Part shown: piece after piece, positions 42,009-60,043 of the stretch
Layout of the letters: each line of letters opens with the position of its first letter
Numbering within the stretch: position 1 is the first letter of the stretch
Source of the DNA: Chrysomallon squamiferum
Lineage: Eukaryota > Animalia > Mollusca
Reading direction: 5' to 3'
DNA length: 64,000 nt
NCBI GenBank assembly: GCA_012295275.1
Contig: CM022678.1
Coordinates: 5,642,001 to 5,706,000, forward strand
Position numbers and translations under genes: made by a program
The notes under the pieces: generated by a model
The model's database searches: none
The model's input: only the letters and a program-made list of their open reading frames with translations
Told to the model about the DNA's origin: nothing

Positions 42009-42884
42009 TAATTTTTTTTTTTTCTCGGTTTGTTGTACGATCAATGATAAACCATTTTTTTTTTTTTTTTTTTTTTTTTTATTCATTTTTTTTTATTCTA
42101 AATTTTTAATTTATTTATTTAATTTTTTTATTATTATTTTTTATTATTATTATAATTAGTATTGTTATTTTATTATTATTATTTTCCTTACATTCACAAA
42201 AAAAAAAAAAAAAAAAAAACTATAAAAAAAAAGAATGAAATGTAATGACAAGTCAACGTATTTTTTTTTTTTTTTTTTGTTCTTGGTGGTCTTCTGATTT
42301 TGTTATGTTTTAATTTTACTGGGGCTGGAACGGGAAAACAGAGAACTTCGCGGACGTCCATCCATGCAAACACCGACGTCATTACGTCTATAGCGAGTGT
42401 CGTTTGTCTTTCACCATGTTCTGTTCCTTGATTCATTCCGTCTATGTCGCTTCTGTGTAATCATTTCCTCCTTCTTCTTCTGTCTCTTCAGTCTCTCTCT
42501 ATCTTTTCTTTCTTTTTTTTGAATAATTTTGAATATTTTATATCACTTTATTTTATTTATTTTTACTTATTTGTTTGTTTGTTTTGATTATGTTAATTCT
42601 TTACTTGTTTTTTTTTGTGTTAGTTTATGTTTTCTGATCATTTATCTCTTTAACCGCCTTTCCATTCACCTTATATTTTTTTTTTTTTTTTTGTCTTTCA
42701 TTTTATTCCTCTACTCATCTCTTTTCATTCCTTATCCTACTTCTCTGTCTTTCTGTCTATCCCTCTGGAAATTTTTTTTTTTTTTTTTTTTCTCTGATTT
42801 TATCTCTCTTCATCTATCATGATAAGGATGTTTATTTCAATCTCTGTACACATCTTATTTTTTTTTCTATCCAAAGTCTAATCC

Positions 42885-43018
<134 letters not shown>

Positions 43019-44179
43019 ATAACACACACACATTCAGTCTGCCTAGCAGTAAAAACGACCTTCAAACCTTGTCTCATTTTCATGACGAGAAACCGAACCA
43101 GCGAGATGGAGAGAAACTCGAACAAACAGCGGGAAGCTTTCACAGAAAAAAAACTATCCGTGGTGAGACCAGAATCGCGAAGCAGCACTTCACTGCAAGA
43201 AAGAAAAAAAAACACACATCGACAATAAAACAGTTTCTTCCATCCAGTACACAGTGTAGAATTTCCACAAATTTCAACAAAAAAAAACAAAAACAAAAAA
43301 AAAACTTCGTCAGTCCAAAACGTCCCAAAAAGGTTTTGATGTATGGGTCCTCTTATCTCTACTCGACTCTTTGTGATTGCTACTTCTTCGTAGATAACGC
43401 TAATATCACATTTTTACGTCCCTCGAATTAAAAAAAAAAAAAAACGAAATTAAGACTTCAACGGGGACTAGGCACAATAAACTACACCCTTTGTACGACT
43501 CTGCGTAACAACGAGATGACGTAATTATCTCGTCTGTATAACACATACGTGTTTATAAGTAATACTGGTAGTACATGAGACTGTTTGATAATATTCGTTA
43601 TTTTGAAGCAGCTGCTAAAAAAAAGAAATAAAAAAATGTTTAAATTAGGGAGGTTGGATCGTTTGGTGCGCGTGTTTTAACGACTGTGAGTAAACACTGG
43701 ACGTAAAACATTTCTTTATGACACGCGAGAATAATTTATACATGTTTTTTTGCAGATACGTGCGAACAAATCAAATTAAGAAACGGCGACGAAAAATCTG
43801 TTCCCCCCCCCCCCCCCCGTAGTCGAAGGTCTGAGAAAAATTTACGCACGAAACTGAGATTATTTATTTTTGCAAAAATTTCAAAGTCGTTTTCTTGTTT
43901 TAGTGGAGTGGATGGTGTTGGTTTCGGCGTTTCTGTCTGCGGTGCTGCGATGCTGGGAATTCGTAGATGTGTAAATCAGGGGAAAAGAAAAAAGTGAATT
44001 ATATATTTATAAATATATATATAGGTATATATGTGTGCGTGTGTGTGGGGGGCGGTGAAGTTAATATTTTAATATAATTTATTTGTTTTTATAACAGAAT
44101 TTTTATTTTTATTACTTTTATTATTTTCTAATTATTTGAACGAAAGAAAGATAGAGAAACACGGAGACTGGAAGCGATA

Positions 44180-44249
<70 letters not shown>

Positions 44250-44869
44250 AGAGATTTGAGAGAGAGAGAGAGATAGAGAATTTGAAGATTAAACAGATAC
44301 ATAAAACAAGGTATGTCTTTTTATTTGTGTGTGTGGAGTAGGTACAAAGAGAATATAAATATATATATTAAAACAAGGTACAGTCATCCACAAGTATAAA
44401 CATATCTCAGTAGAGAAAGGTGGAGACGGGTACAAAGAGAATGAAACAAAAATAAATGACATGATCGTATAATTCATAGACCTTTCATAAACAAGAATGT
44501 ACACATACATATACATAAGCTTACCACACCCAAACAAACACACGCGCGAACATGAACATGCATACCTACATCGATACACACAAACCGTAGTTACATGAAT
44601 ACATGAATAAAAAAAAACATACATATATATATATATTAATATAAACATAGATACACAAACGCATCTTCACGCACACACGCGCAAACACACACACATACAT
44701 TCACTTCATTTCTCTAACATTAATCCTATCCTGTCATATCTTCTGAATTGAGACATCAGTTTTCCCCGACTACTTCATCATCTGTCGTCGTTAAGAGTAA
44801 TTACGACTCAGTCTTGTCGGCAAATGGGAATGTCAAAACTCCGAACAATTCTCTGACGACTGACAGTTC

Positions 44870-44889
44870 CGACATGTTCCGACATGTTC
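44870..44889 (+). promoter_or_regulatory. p53/p63-like response element (CGACATGTTC x2, no spacer)
   Basis: Each decamer matches RRRCWWGYYY at 9 of 10 positions; it arises from a 10-bp tandem duplication. Confidence 0.4.
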
Positions 44890-44901
44890 CGAGTGCCGCC
44901 A

Positions 44902-44934
<33 letters not shown>

Positions 44935-45339
44935 GTCGTGATCTATGGCGAACGAGCTGGGGTCTGTCTTACGGCGGCGCACCACAGTGGTGGAAATGAC
45001 ACTAACGGATATTTTTGTTTGTACCTGTTTGTATTGCGCCGCCCTGGGTTATGGGAGCACCCCTGCTGCGTGTCGGGAGCTCTCTGCACTGGACATTAAT
45101 CAGAGCCAGTTTCGACTTTGCAGGGGTATTGGCACCTCGTTAAGAGTTTGGCTGGAATTTCGGAGGAATGGTTCTCTCGGAGACGAGTCGATGACGTAAT
45201 CGGCGACTCTGTCAGACGTGCTTTATTGCCGTGCAGGGTTCGGTTGTTGTTGTGCTTTTTTTTTTTTATGACGTGTGAGTGTCTTGGTGAGAAGAAATGT
45301 GGAATGGGTTTTAGTAGTCAGAGGATGGGAGGAAGGGAG

Positions 45340-47828
<2,489 letters not shown>

Positions 47829-48329
47829 TCGAGAAAGGCTGAGAAATTCGAGAAAGCCTGATAAATTACTCTGAAAAATCACAACTCCTCCGCGGGTGAG
47901 AAACATTTGGACAGTGTCAAACACTGCCGTCTGAAACTCGCGTGCCACTGGCAAGAAGGACGTAAACTTTTATATCTCTTGATAAAAACATATCTTTATT
48001 GATAATACATATCTTTATACCCATCAGATAAAGTGCAGCGCGCATGAACAGACCCCCATGAAGTCTTGACTCCAAAACGAGGCTGATATTTTTTTTTTTT
48101 TTTTTTTTTTTTTTCTTTTTTTTTTGTGTAAATTGCCTGTGTGAAAGTTAGTGAAATAAACTGATTTAAAGATTTCGGTGAGGTTGGGAATAAAAACGTG
48201 AATGAAAATGAAAATAAATTCCAGTGTTTTTCTGTTTTGGTTTTTGGAAAGAGAATTGTCCACTTTCTTCTTTGTTTCTTTTTTTTTTAACTTTACTTTT
48301 ATTAACAGTAAGATTTGTAATTTATTTTT

Positions 48330-48660
48330 GAATTAACTGTTTAACTATTTATTATTATGTTAACTATTACGTGTATTTATTATTTAATTAACTATTAAAT
48401 ATTTTTTTATTTAATTGACTATTAAATATTTTTTTATTTAATTGACTATTAAATATTTTTATTACTTAATTAATTATTAAATGTATTTATTATTTAATTA
48501 ACTATGAAATATATTTATTATTTAATTAACTATTAAATATTTTTTTTGTATTTAATTAACTATTAAATATATTTAGTATTTAATTAATTATTTAGTTATT
48601 TATTATTCAATTAATTATTTGTTGTTTAATTAATTATTTATTTATTATTAAATTATTTAT
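48330..48660. repeat. AT-rich minisatellite, unit about 23 bp (ATTTAATTAACTATTAAATATTT)
   Basis: More than ten visible tandem copies with minor variation. Confidence 0.9.
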
Positions 48661-49048
48661 TCTTAACTGATTTTTTTTGTTTACTGATTTCCAATACTAT
48701 TTTACTGATACTACTGTTAATAATCCTACTGTATTAATATTATAGAAGTAATTATTATTATTATTATCATCATCATCATCAACATCATCATTATAATTAT
48801 TATTGTTGTTATTATTAGTATTATTATCACTATCGTCATTATCATCATCACGATTATTATCATAATCACGTAATCATCGTTACTTTTGTTATTATCTAAA
48901 TGGATTGGTAAACGGTAAGAAAGATTCCGATATAAAATCATAGACTCCGATTAAATTAAATTAAATTAAATTAAATTAAATTAAATTAATTGATAAAACA
49001 ATGAAATTAAAAAAAGGAAAATAATCAGAAGACAATTTACTTTGGCGA

Positions 49049-49084
<36 letters not shown>

Positions 49085-49584
49085 TACTATAAAATATATA
49101 TATATATATAATAAAAATAACATTATTATCAAAATACATATAAAAACTTAAATCAACGTATATTAAAAAAACGGATCAAGAAACGAGACGCGATCCCAAA
49201 CACTTTAATCTCATAACAATGTTCACTTCATTAAAACCGCACTGCTGTACAAATATTTTCCACATCTGGCGAAGTAGCAAAGAGAAGAAAAAAAAAAAAA
49301 AATACCCACCAAAATAAAAATAAAAAATAAAAAAAATATATCTACCAGCAGCATAATGTTCCTTTCGACCATAACAGACCAAGGTTGTCGCCGACTACAA
49401 TAAATAATAAGCAATATTCCGTAACCAATCGTTAGTTAGAAACGGCTAAAAGGCTATCGGGAAATAAGCCAAGCCAAACTGACAGACAGACATAAAGCTA
49501 AAGCCTTGTGTAATACACATTGCTCTTGTTATCTGCAAAAACACCCACAATTTGCCCAAGTTCGTTTAGAAAGAGATAAGAGAG

Positions 49585-49620
<36 letters not shown>

Positions 49621-49687
49621 AAAAGCCATCGAGCCAGCGCCCGTTATGTTGTTCTGGCAGAAAACGAAACGAAAGCAACCTGTCTGT

Positions 49688-49721
<34 letters not shown>

Positions 49722-49984
49722 CTTATTATTCTAGACGCTAAAACATCTCATTCTCTTAATTAATAGTCGCATCTTGATTAAAAATAGAAAGAGACACGAA
49801 GGCGGAAGGTGTACAACGTGCAATTGTAGTCGATTAATACGCTCTCAGTATTCCGTTGTTTCGCTTAACGGTTATCTTTGGCGCGTAACTGTAGCGCAGA
49901 TCGGAAGTTAATATCTAGACTGTTTTCTAAACGGCCGATTCCAACAGCGGCCCCATTGTGCCGAGGATACTAAAAATATTTTAA

Positions 49985-50056
49985 CTGAATTAAAATGACG
50001 GATTGTTTCGTATAGATTTGAAATCAAAGTAATAGGCAGTTGTTGTCTTTTTCTCT

Positions 50057-50094
<38 letters not shown>

Positions 50095-50180
50095 AAAATG
50101 TTTTTATTTATTTATAGCTGAATCAAAATGAAGATTTTTTTCGCAGATATTTCAAATCGTAATAATAGGCAGTTGTCTTA
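49985..50180 (+). repeat. 133-bp-period diverged tandem duplication
   Basis: CTGAAT.AAAATGA at 49985 and 50118; TAATAGGCAGTTGT at 50030 and 50163. Confidence 0.8.
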
Positions 50181-50337
50181 TTTTTTCGTATCTTTTTGTC
50201 ATCTGTATTTGTTCATTTTTATTTTTATTTTTGTTAGATTTTCTTTATTTTCTTTTTTTTTTAATTAATTTTAAGTTTTATTTGTTTGATTGTTTGTTTG
50301 TATTTGTTTGTTTAATGTTTTATTTATATGTTTGCTT

Positions 50338-50372
<35 letters not shown>

Positions 50373-51959
50373 GTTGCTATGTGTACAAACTGAATCAACA
50401 TCGATGTTTGTAAAATGCATTTAATTAATGTGGTGTTCGTTTTGTTGTTGTTATTCTTATTGTTGTTACCAATATTTATGTTGTTTTTGTTGATGTTGTT
50501 ATTTTAACTTGTTCATATTAACCTTCTTCATGCTGTTGTAGCTGTTGTTATTTTTATTGTCTTTTAATATGTGTTTCTAGACGAGTAATCTATTTATAGT
50601 ATTATTTTAAAAGATAAAAGACCTGTTTATATTTCTTAACGTCGACTGCATTGAAATATTTTCTTTTTAATGTGTACGGTACACTATAGCTGCATCATTA
50701 ATGACAAACATTAGCATTTTATAAATGTATAACATATTTATAATATGCAGTTATTAACAAACAAAACAAAAACAAAAACCCTGGGTGTATGCATTAATCA
50801 AGGTAAGTATCGGTTTAGGAATGATAAAAGTCGGATATTTTTCAATGTAGCTTGTCGAAAAAAAATATATTAAAGGAAAGTAAGACAATAATAACGAAAT
50901 AATTAATAATGAAAAAAGTGACGTTTTTAAAAAGGATGATGAAAGAAAGAATGTTTTGAAAGAATGAAGGAACAAATGAAAGAAAGATGAAAGTAAAAAG
51001 AAATGGATAAAAGAAACGAATTAAATTACGAAATATATAAAAAGGAAGAATGAAAGCAAGAAACAGAAAATAAAGAAATTTAAATTAAATATTGAAATGT
51101 CAGAAACTTTCAGAAAGAAAAGAAAAACGATTTGATTTCAAAAAATAAAACTAATAAATGAAAGAAAGAAAAGAGAAAGATTAGAAGAATGAAACTAAAA
51201 GAAAATAACAAACGAGAGCAGAAAGGAAGGAATGAAAGAAGCATAAACTAAAGAAAGAAAGAATACTGAATGAAACAAAACGAAAATACAGTAAATAACT
51301 ATAGAAAAACCTGATATTGTTGTTGTTGTCGTTGTTATTCAAAAATAAACGAATATACGAATCAATCAAATTCAGTGACAAAAACCAAGAAAGGAACACA
51401 GAAATACAAAAACACAAACCAAGAAAGAAAGAAAAAAATAAACAACAAGAAGAAAAAAAAAAAAAAAAAAAAAAAAAAATCGTTTTGTTTATACTTGCCT
51501 TTTAAAATCAGCCATTTGCAAAATCAAGAGACATTTTCGCCTAAAACACATCCCGACGTGAAGTCACGTGATACCGCGAGATAAGCGCCGCATTTTTTCG
51601 TTATTTAGACGTTATTTACGTTTGGCCCTTTTGACGTTCCATCTTTTTGGCTTCCCGCTGTGGCGTTCATTACGCACGCGCTATATCGGGCCGCCAGATC
51701 AACGCTTACGGTGTAAGTGAATGCACCGCTAGGCTAGTGTCACCTAGGAGTCTTCATCAGAAATAATCTCTTACATCGCTGATACCAAACTTAACACGGC
51801 TGGAGCTTTCCACGTTTAATGTTTTGTACTTCTCGTTTTAGTTCCGATATGCAGAAGATTTTTTTTTTTTTTTTTTACACACACACACACACACACACAT
51901 GTGTGTATATATGTATGTATATATATATATATGTGTATATATGTGTGTGTGTATCTTCT

Positions 51960-53039
51960 CGTTTTTTTTTTTTTCCTTAGTTATTCTTTGTTTCTTTTTT
52001 TTTTTTTTTTTATTTTTTTTTTTTTTTTTTTTTTTTATTTATTTTTTTTTTTTTTTTTTTTTTTTTTTTATTTATTTTTTTTTTTTTTTGTTTTTTTTTT
52101 TTTGTTTTTTTTTTGTTGTTGTTTTTCTTTTTTTCTTATTGTTATTTTTTATTGATTTACTGATTAATTCTTTTCGTGTCACTTTCATTTTATTTATATT
52201 TTTTATTTTTGCTTTATTTATTTATTTATTTCTATGTTTTGTTTTTACATGCTCTTACTTTCTGTCTTCTTCTTTTTCAGTAATATATTATTTTATCACT
52301 TTTCAGTCTGTTTATTTTATTATTTCTCAAACTGTCTATAAATATAATTTTTTCAGCTCTTTTCTTTGTTACTTGTTTATTTATTACAAGAATTTAATCT
52401 CATTTCTTTTATTTATACGTTTTTTTTTTTTGTTTTTTTTTTTTTTTTTTTTTTTCTGCCTGATCCAGTTCTTCTTTTTCTGTTGATCTTTATTTTTATT
52501 TTTATTACTTTCTCTTTCTCGTTCTCTCTCTTTGTCCTTGTCTTTCTCTGTCTGTCTGTCTGTCTGTCTTTAACTACATGCATGCATCCCACATACACAC
52601 ACACATACATACATACATACATACATACACACACACATACACACACATACATACATACATACATACATACATACATACATACATACATACATACATACAT
52701 ACATACATACACACATACACAGACATACACACATACATACATACATACATATATACATACAACCATCTTACACATATATATATACACACCTACATACAAC
52801 ATGAATACATAGACACACATACACACATATATATAAATACGTACATACGTACATACACACATATATACATATATACGCATATATATTCATACATAAAATA
52901 CATACACACATAAATACAAACATACATACACAACACACACAGACATACATTAATACACATATACATATATACACAAAACTTCTATATATATACATATAAT
53001 TTCCGATCCATGTGTTTTTCCTTAAAGAAAACATGTAGG

Positions 53040-53102
<63 letters not shown>
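51960..53102. repeat. Poly-T-rich tract, (CATA)n/(CA)n and (GT)n microsatellites
   Basis: Directly visible. Confidence 0.95.
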
Positions 53103-53104
<2 letters not shown>

Positions 53105-53364
53105 CCTTTTCGTTTTCTTTTTTTTATTCTATATTCTCGATTTCATTTTTATTAAAGCTTTTAAGAAAATATTCAAAAAAACAGAATCGTTAGTTATTGC
53201 TGTCAAAAACATGAACAGAAAACATATATAATAATACGACCACAAAAAAAAATCAACAAAAACGACAGCGAGAGAAAAACCAAACAAATGTGACAGGGTC
53301 CTTTCAAACCAAGCTAGGCAAACCAACTGACAACACCATTAAAGTACAAGAACAAATTCCCATC

Positions 53365-53509
53365 CAGGGGCTGATCCAGTGTTTCGAGGGGAGGGTATAG
53401 TCAACAAAGAATATAAATTTTCAGCACGAAGTGAATTTCATAATTCGAAAGAATACAAAACCTAAAAAAATAAAATAAATAAATAAATCACTTAAAAAAA
53501 TAATAATAA

Positions 53510-53587
<78 letters not shown>

Positions 53588-53599
53588 TATTATTATTAT

Positions 53600-53637
<38 letters not shown>

Positions 53638-53687
53638 TTATAATAACAAATGGAACCACCACCCCCCATCCTGCAGATCTTCCCCAG
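53365..53687. mobile_element. Possible decayed MITE (Harbinger-like termini)
   Basis: Left end CAGGGGCTGATCCAG followed by a G-rich patch; right end a C-rich patch then CAGATCTTCCCCAG, an imperfect inverted match. No clear TSD. Confidence 0.3.
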
Positions 53688-54276
53688 CTATTTGCAAACA
53701 TAATTATTTTTTCTGATCTAATCGAAAAAGACGAACCATCAGATAAACAAATTTTCTTCTTCTTCGTTCCTTTTTTTTTTTTCATCATCATCTTCTTCTT
53801 CTCCTTCTTCTTTACTTCTTCTTCTTCTTCTTCATCATCACTGACTCGGCTATTAAATTCACCATTTCATTTCAACCCACGTGCACAACAGGGGCGCCGC
53901 AAAAGAAAAACCGATAAGAACGGAAAAACAGCGGTTTTCTTAATGCATACTTTATGAACGCTAATATTTTCCCGAGTGTTGACACTTTATATAGCGTCTG
54001 TGTAAACACTGAGCGAATCCGAAATGCAGCCAGCCAGCCACGAAAAAGAAACGCCGAGCTAAAACCGGCCATTACCGATCTGCCAGCCCTGCTAGTTTTT
54101 GGGGCGGTATCAGCTGGAGATAAGAGCCGAGTATTTCGCGATCGTATGAACTCATCAATGTCAATTGGGAAGAAAATGAATAAAATTTATATTTCTACGC
54201 TGGAAATACAATCTTCAGCTACACTCGCTGACAGAAATAAAACTGTAGCATGAATTTATATTTCTGTTTGGTTTCG

Positions 54277-54308
<32 letters not shown>

Positions 54309-56711
54309 AAACTTTTCTTTTCGGGTTGTTTGCGGTACTTCGAGTGAGTTCACTAACAAAACAGGTGTAGATCTGTGTTAAATGTTGTGTACGAGCGGCT
54401 CGTTCGTTGACTCGAATAAAAATTAATTAATTAAAATAATGACGGTTAACAACAGCAGGAACAACAACAATAACAAAATCCGTAACAACAACAACAATAA
54501 AAAAAAATTGAAAATAATGTTAACAAAGAACAAATTAATAATAATAATAATAATAAGTAGTAGTAGTAGTAGTAGTACTAATAGTAGTAGTAATAGTAGT
54601 AGTAGTGGTATTTTTTCAGTAGTAATAATATAACAACATAAAACCATAATCAACAACAATAATAAAATAAAAAAACAACAACAACAAAATAAATAAACAA
54701 ATAAATAAATAAACAGCTGTCAAAATGCATAAAAAAATAAGCAATAAATATTACAAATTAACAAAAAAATAAAAATAAAAAATAATAAAAAATAATAAAA
54801 ATAAAAATTAACTGTATCAAATAACAGGGTGCGTTCGAGTGACAAGCTCTTGCAATTCCGTCCGGTGCTGGTCTTAAAAATGCTCCCTGTAGAATTTTGC
54901 TCCTCCTGCACCTGTTGTAGATTAATAAAAACGTTTACGACGCTTGGGAACGCATCTTGTCCAAACACTTAACTTACAGGAAGGTTAACGAGTCGCTTTG
55001 TATCGCTCCATCTCTCAGCTGCCCAAATTTAACATCAGAGATCTCGTACACGTAGAAATGTACCCAAAACGAGGCATTACGTTTACACGTGTAAACGGCT
55101 TATCAGTTTGACATTTAAAATTAAATCCATGTTTCAGAGCAGTACGCCGCGTGAAAATTGATGTTGCTGTGTTTTGATATGTGATAAAGACATTTGCAGC
55201 TGTAGCAGTGATGATGATGATGATGATGATATTAATAATATTAATATTAATAATGATGATGATGATGATATTGATAATATTAATAATATTAATAATAATA
55301 GTAACATTAATGATGATGATGATGATGATGATAATGATGATGATTTAACAAATATAATAATTCGAAATTAGCTGCAAAAACAACAATAACAATAATAGAA
55401 GATTAGCAACAACAACTTAATAGTAATAATAATAATGTATAATTAACAACAACAACAACAACAGTAATAATAATAGTAATAATAATAATAACAATAACAG
55501 TAACAATAACAATAACAATAGTAGTAGTAGTAGTAGTAATATTGGTAGTAGTAGTAGACAGAAAGAGAACAGACATAGATACATGTAAAGAGAGAGAGAG
55601 AGAGAGATAAAAAAAATATAAGATTAGTTAAATATAAAGAAATGAACAAAACCAAAGTAAAATATACTTAATTACGAACTAAATATTGCCACAGCTTTTA
55701 AATGGAATAACGCTGATAGCGAAATGTTAACAGTAATTAATGTGACGTCATATCTAATAATGACGTCAAAATTTTAGTTTTGTTTTCCCTCTTTTGTTTC
55801 GGATCTTTCGTTCCTGTTTTAGAAGGCATTACTGTTAATACCGTCAACGTTGTCGATGATGCTATTTCTTGTAGCATCGTTGCTGTAACATTGGTTGTTG
55901 GTGTTATCGTTGTTGTTGTCGTTGTTTGTAAGTACAGTTATTATTTCAACAAGGTAGCGACCTGTTTTTGCATTTCTTTGTCAATGACAGAAGAAAAAGA
56001 AAAAAAAGGAAAAAAGCAACTGGAGAAGCAATTTTAAGATTATAATCAGATCTGTCTGTCCATCTAGCACTCTGTATGTGTGCATGTCTTTATCTATCTG
56101 TCTCTCTCTCTATTTATCTTTCTTTCGTTCTCTCTGTCTATTTTTTCTTACTTTTTTTTTCTTCAATTTTTTTTAATTTTTTTGGTTAATCTATTTCACT
56201 ATCTATATACATAAAGTTCCATATCTCGTATTCTTGTATATGTAAATAAAATAAGTAAATAAATAACAACCATATTGATGTAAACAGAAGCGACACACAC
56301 CCACATTTAATTAACATATCTCTTATCATATTAGTTTTACTCAAATCGGGTCATTTTATATTTTTTTTCTCCTGATAATAAAAAAAAAAAACATAAAATA
56401 AATTTTAAAAATAAAACATGTATATGTGTATGTGTGTGTGTGTGTGTGTGTATTTTTTATACATGTGGGTATATTTACAGACACACACACACACACACAC
56501 ACACCACACACACCAGTCAACTCCGCAGATTACAATGTTTTTCATTCATCTGGATATTATAAACCTAGATCACGTGCATACACACACACACATACATTAC
56601 ATGCATACATATGAACATACAGACATACATATTACACACACATACGTACAGATACACATACATACATACATACATACATACATTCATACATTCATACATA
56701 TACGTATACGA

Positions 56712-56769
<58 letters not shown>

Positions 56770-57087
56770 CACACACGCAAAGAAACTTTACGAAAATATA
56801 AATGTCTGCATTTGTAAAGATAAAGTTTAATTTTGTAAATTAAGAACTTGAACGCTTGTCATGAGTTGTTTAAAAATCTGTATTAAAATAACTTTTCCTG
56901 CTGTTTCTGTTTTCTTTCCCAATTTCAGAAGAAAAAAAACAAAAAAAAAAAACAACAACAACAACAACATCATAATAGTAATGAAACATTTTGAATTTCT
57001 TAACCATTTGAACATATTCCATCTCTTTCATAAAATTTAGCCCATTTTGATATTGGGGTGCTAAATTAGCAATCCCACCCCCACCCA

Positions 57088-57089
<2 letters not shown>

Positions 57090-57120
<31 letters not shown>

Positions 57121-57333
57121 AAAAAATAAAATAAAATGAACAAAAATTAAAAATAAAAGTATACGGCAAAAATAATTTACGAACACAAAAACAAACAACA
57201 TAAATGAATGATTAAATGAATAAATAAATAAAGAAAATAAAGAAAATAAAGAAAGAAATAAATAACGAAAGAAGGAATTAAAAGAAAGAAAAATAAAGGA
57301 AAATAAATAAATAAATAAAAATAAATAAATAAG

Positions 57334-57364
<31 letters not shown>

Positions 57365-57451
57365 AAAAAAAGAAAGAAAGAAATAACGAAAGAAGGAATT
57401 AAAAGAAAGAAAAATAACGGAAAATAAATAAATAATAAATAAACAAACAAA

Positions 57452-57482
<31 letters not shown>

Positions 57483-57600
57483 GTAAATAAATAGATAAAT
57501 AAATAGATGAATAAATAACTAAAATAAAGAAAGAAAAAAAAAGGAGGAAAATAAACAAACAAACAAAAAAATAAAAAAAAATAATAAAAAAAAGAAAAAG
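57090..57600. repeat. A-rich/(AAAT)n tract with an internal 37-bp direct duplication
   Basis: AAATAACGAAAGAAGGAATTAAAAGAAAGAAAAATAA occurs at about 57260 and 57381. Confidence 0.9.
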
Positions 57601-57987
57601 CGAATAACGCACTAAAACCTTTTCTCCACAGTAACGGAATTTATTTGTAATTAACTACATTAAACTTGAAATAACTTTCAACCCCGCTTTCTGCAACGCC
57701 AAGCATGCTTGCCGAACCGGTGTGCACGTGTCGTCTGCTAGGAGCGCGCGCGCACAAAACGAACTTAGCAGACGAGAGCGGATTCGAAAGCCATTCCTCG
57801 TCAAGACCTCACTTGATGGATCAAACGTAGATTGCAGTCCTCCAGGGTCCTCTTCTTGCGAGTTAAGGAGAAGTAAGAAAAGTTTAAAATAATGATTATA
57901 TCAACATAAGTTTTATCTCGAGAAATGTGCCATGAACGGTACAAGATAGGCGCGCTCAAAGAATACTTCACCAAATTTGTCGACGTC

Positions 57988-58024
<37 letters not shown>

Positions 58025-58286
58025 GACCTTTTTGCTTTAGTTTAATTTTTAATTTGTTTGTTGTTGTTTTTTGTTTGTTTGGTTTTTTTACTTTGTTTCG
58101 TTATTCTTTATGATTTTTTATTTTATTTTTATTTTATTTTATTTTATTTTATTTTTTTTTTTTATTATTTTTTTTTTTTTTTCGTTCTTGTGAAATCCTA
58201 TTTTTCTTCTTTTTTACTTTGCTTCGTTTTTTTCTTTCTCTTTTGTTAAATTTTGTTATTCAAATTTTTTTTTTTTTCTATTTCTT

Positions 58287-58364
<78 letters not shown>

Positions 58365-58428
58365 AAATACGTGTTGCTTCCCTTCAAACTGTTTTTTATT
58401 TTTTTCATTGCTGTAATATTTCTTTGGG

Positions 58429-58459
<31 letters not shown>

Positions 58460-58687
58460 GTGTTGTTGTTGTGTTGTTGTTGTCGTCGTCGTGGAGTCAT
58501 CGTGACGTCGTCGTCATCATTTTCATCATAATTACATCGTCAGCATATTCATCATCACCATCATTATTATCATTATCGTTGTTGTTGTTGTTATTTATAT
58601 TTTTGTTTTTCCCATTATTATTGTTGTTATTGTTGTTGTTATTATTATTACTATTATTTAATATTATTATTATTATTATTATCATCA

Positions 58688-58748
<61 letters not shown>

Positions 58749-59590
58749 TTTAGCTGTTATTGTCATAGTTGCTGTTTCTATAATGGTACCAGTGTCTTAA
58801 TATAACCATTAATTGCTTAATCGACAATTAAGCACAAGCCTATATACTTAGAGGTTTATATAAGTATTCGAGAAAGTAGGACGTACAAATATCACGGAGT
58901 GTCTGTGTGTGTATAAATGTTTAAATGAATGAAAACAGAGAGATAAATAATAATAAGAAGAAGAAGAAGAAGAAGAATCAAACCCCATACAAACTCAAGA
59001 CAGTATCGAGATTTCAGAAGTAAAAAGAAAGAAAAATTGTACAATTTCTCTTTCTCGAAAGTAACTTGTAGGAGGAATCTGTTGTTCTTCGATGAATTAT
59101 ATTTTACTTTCCTTTTTTTTTTTTTTTTTTTTTTTTTTTCTTATATTTCTTTCAGAACCACGTGCGGAAAAGTTATCAGATCATCTTCATGGTATTTGAC
59201 AACGGCACATAACACGATTCGTTGCCGCTCAAGCCTCAACGCTTCATCTCGTGCAGCGCGAGGTCTCGCGAGATGTGTCTCGTGCTGTGATGCACGCGCA
59301 GAAAACCCGGGGCCCACCTCCTCCGTGTCGTCGGAAAAACATTGTTGTTTTTTTTTGGTTTTTTTTGTGGTTTTTTTTCTCTCTCCACTTCACCTGAGTG
59401 AAAAACACAAGTGATCAATTTAACAGGTACACCTGATGAATTTATCTTATGGGCCTCGTTTTCGATACGGTCCCGCGTACCCAGCTGCGTTGGCAGACGT
59501 CAGAACGTTCACGTGAAAAAAAAGGAGAAAGTGCCAACATTTGAAGATCGTTTATATTTCGACAGTGTTTGCGGTGCAAATAATAGCAGC

Positions 59591-59629
<39 letters not shown>

Positions 59630-59671
59630 AACTACAATAATAATAATAATAACAATAATAATAATAATAAC

Positions 59672-59706
<35 letters not shown>

Positions 59707-59961
59707 CAATAATAATAATAATAATAATAAAAAAATTAAACTACCGTTAAAATAAATGGTTCTAAAATAAAATAGGCTTTATTGATGACGCAGATGAGTA
59801 CGTTTAAACATTTTACCAATGGATGGATGGATCGATGGATGGATCGATGGAGAGATGAATGAATGGATGGATGAATGAATGAATGAAAGAAAATTAAAAT
59901 TTTGTAACTGATTTCAGAGCCCTAATATATATAATATGTACAGAGCAGAGTAAAATACACT

Positions 59962-59993
<32 letters not shown>

Positions 59994-60011
59994 TTATTTT
60001 CTGTTTGTTTG

Positions 60012-60043
<32 letters not shown>

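Noticed and set aside
57776-57800. tRNA T-loop-like TTCGAATCC on the minus strand
   Set aside because: No T-stem pairing, cloverleaf or A-box.
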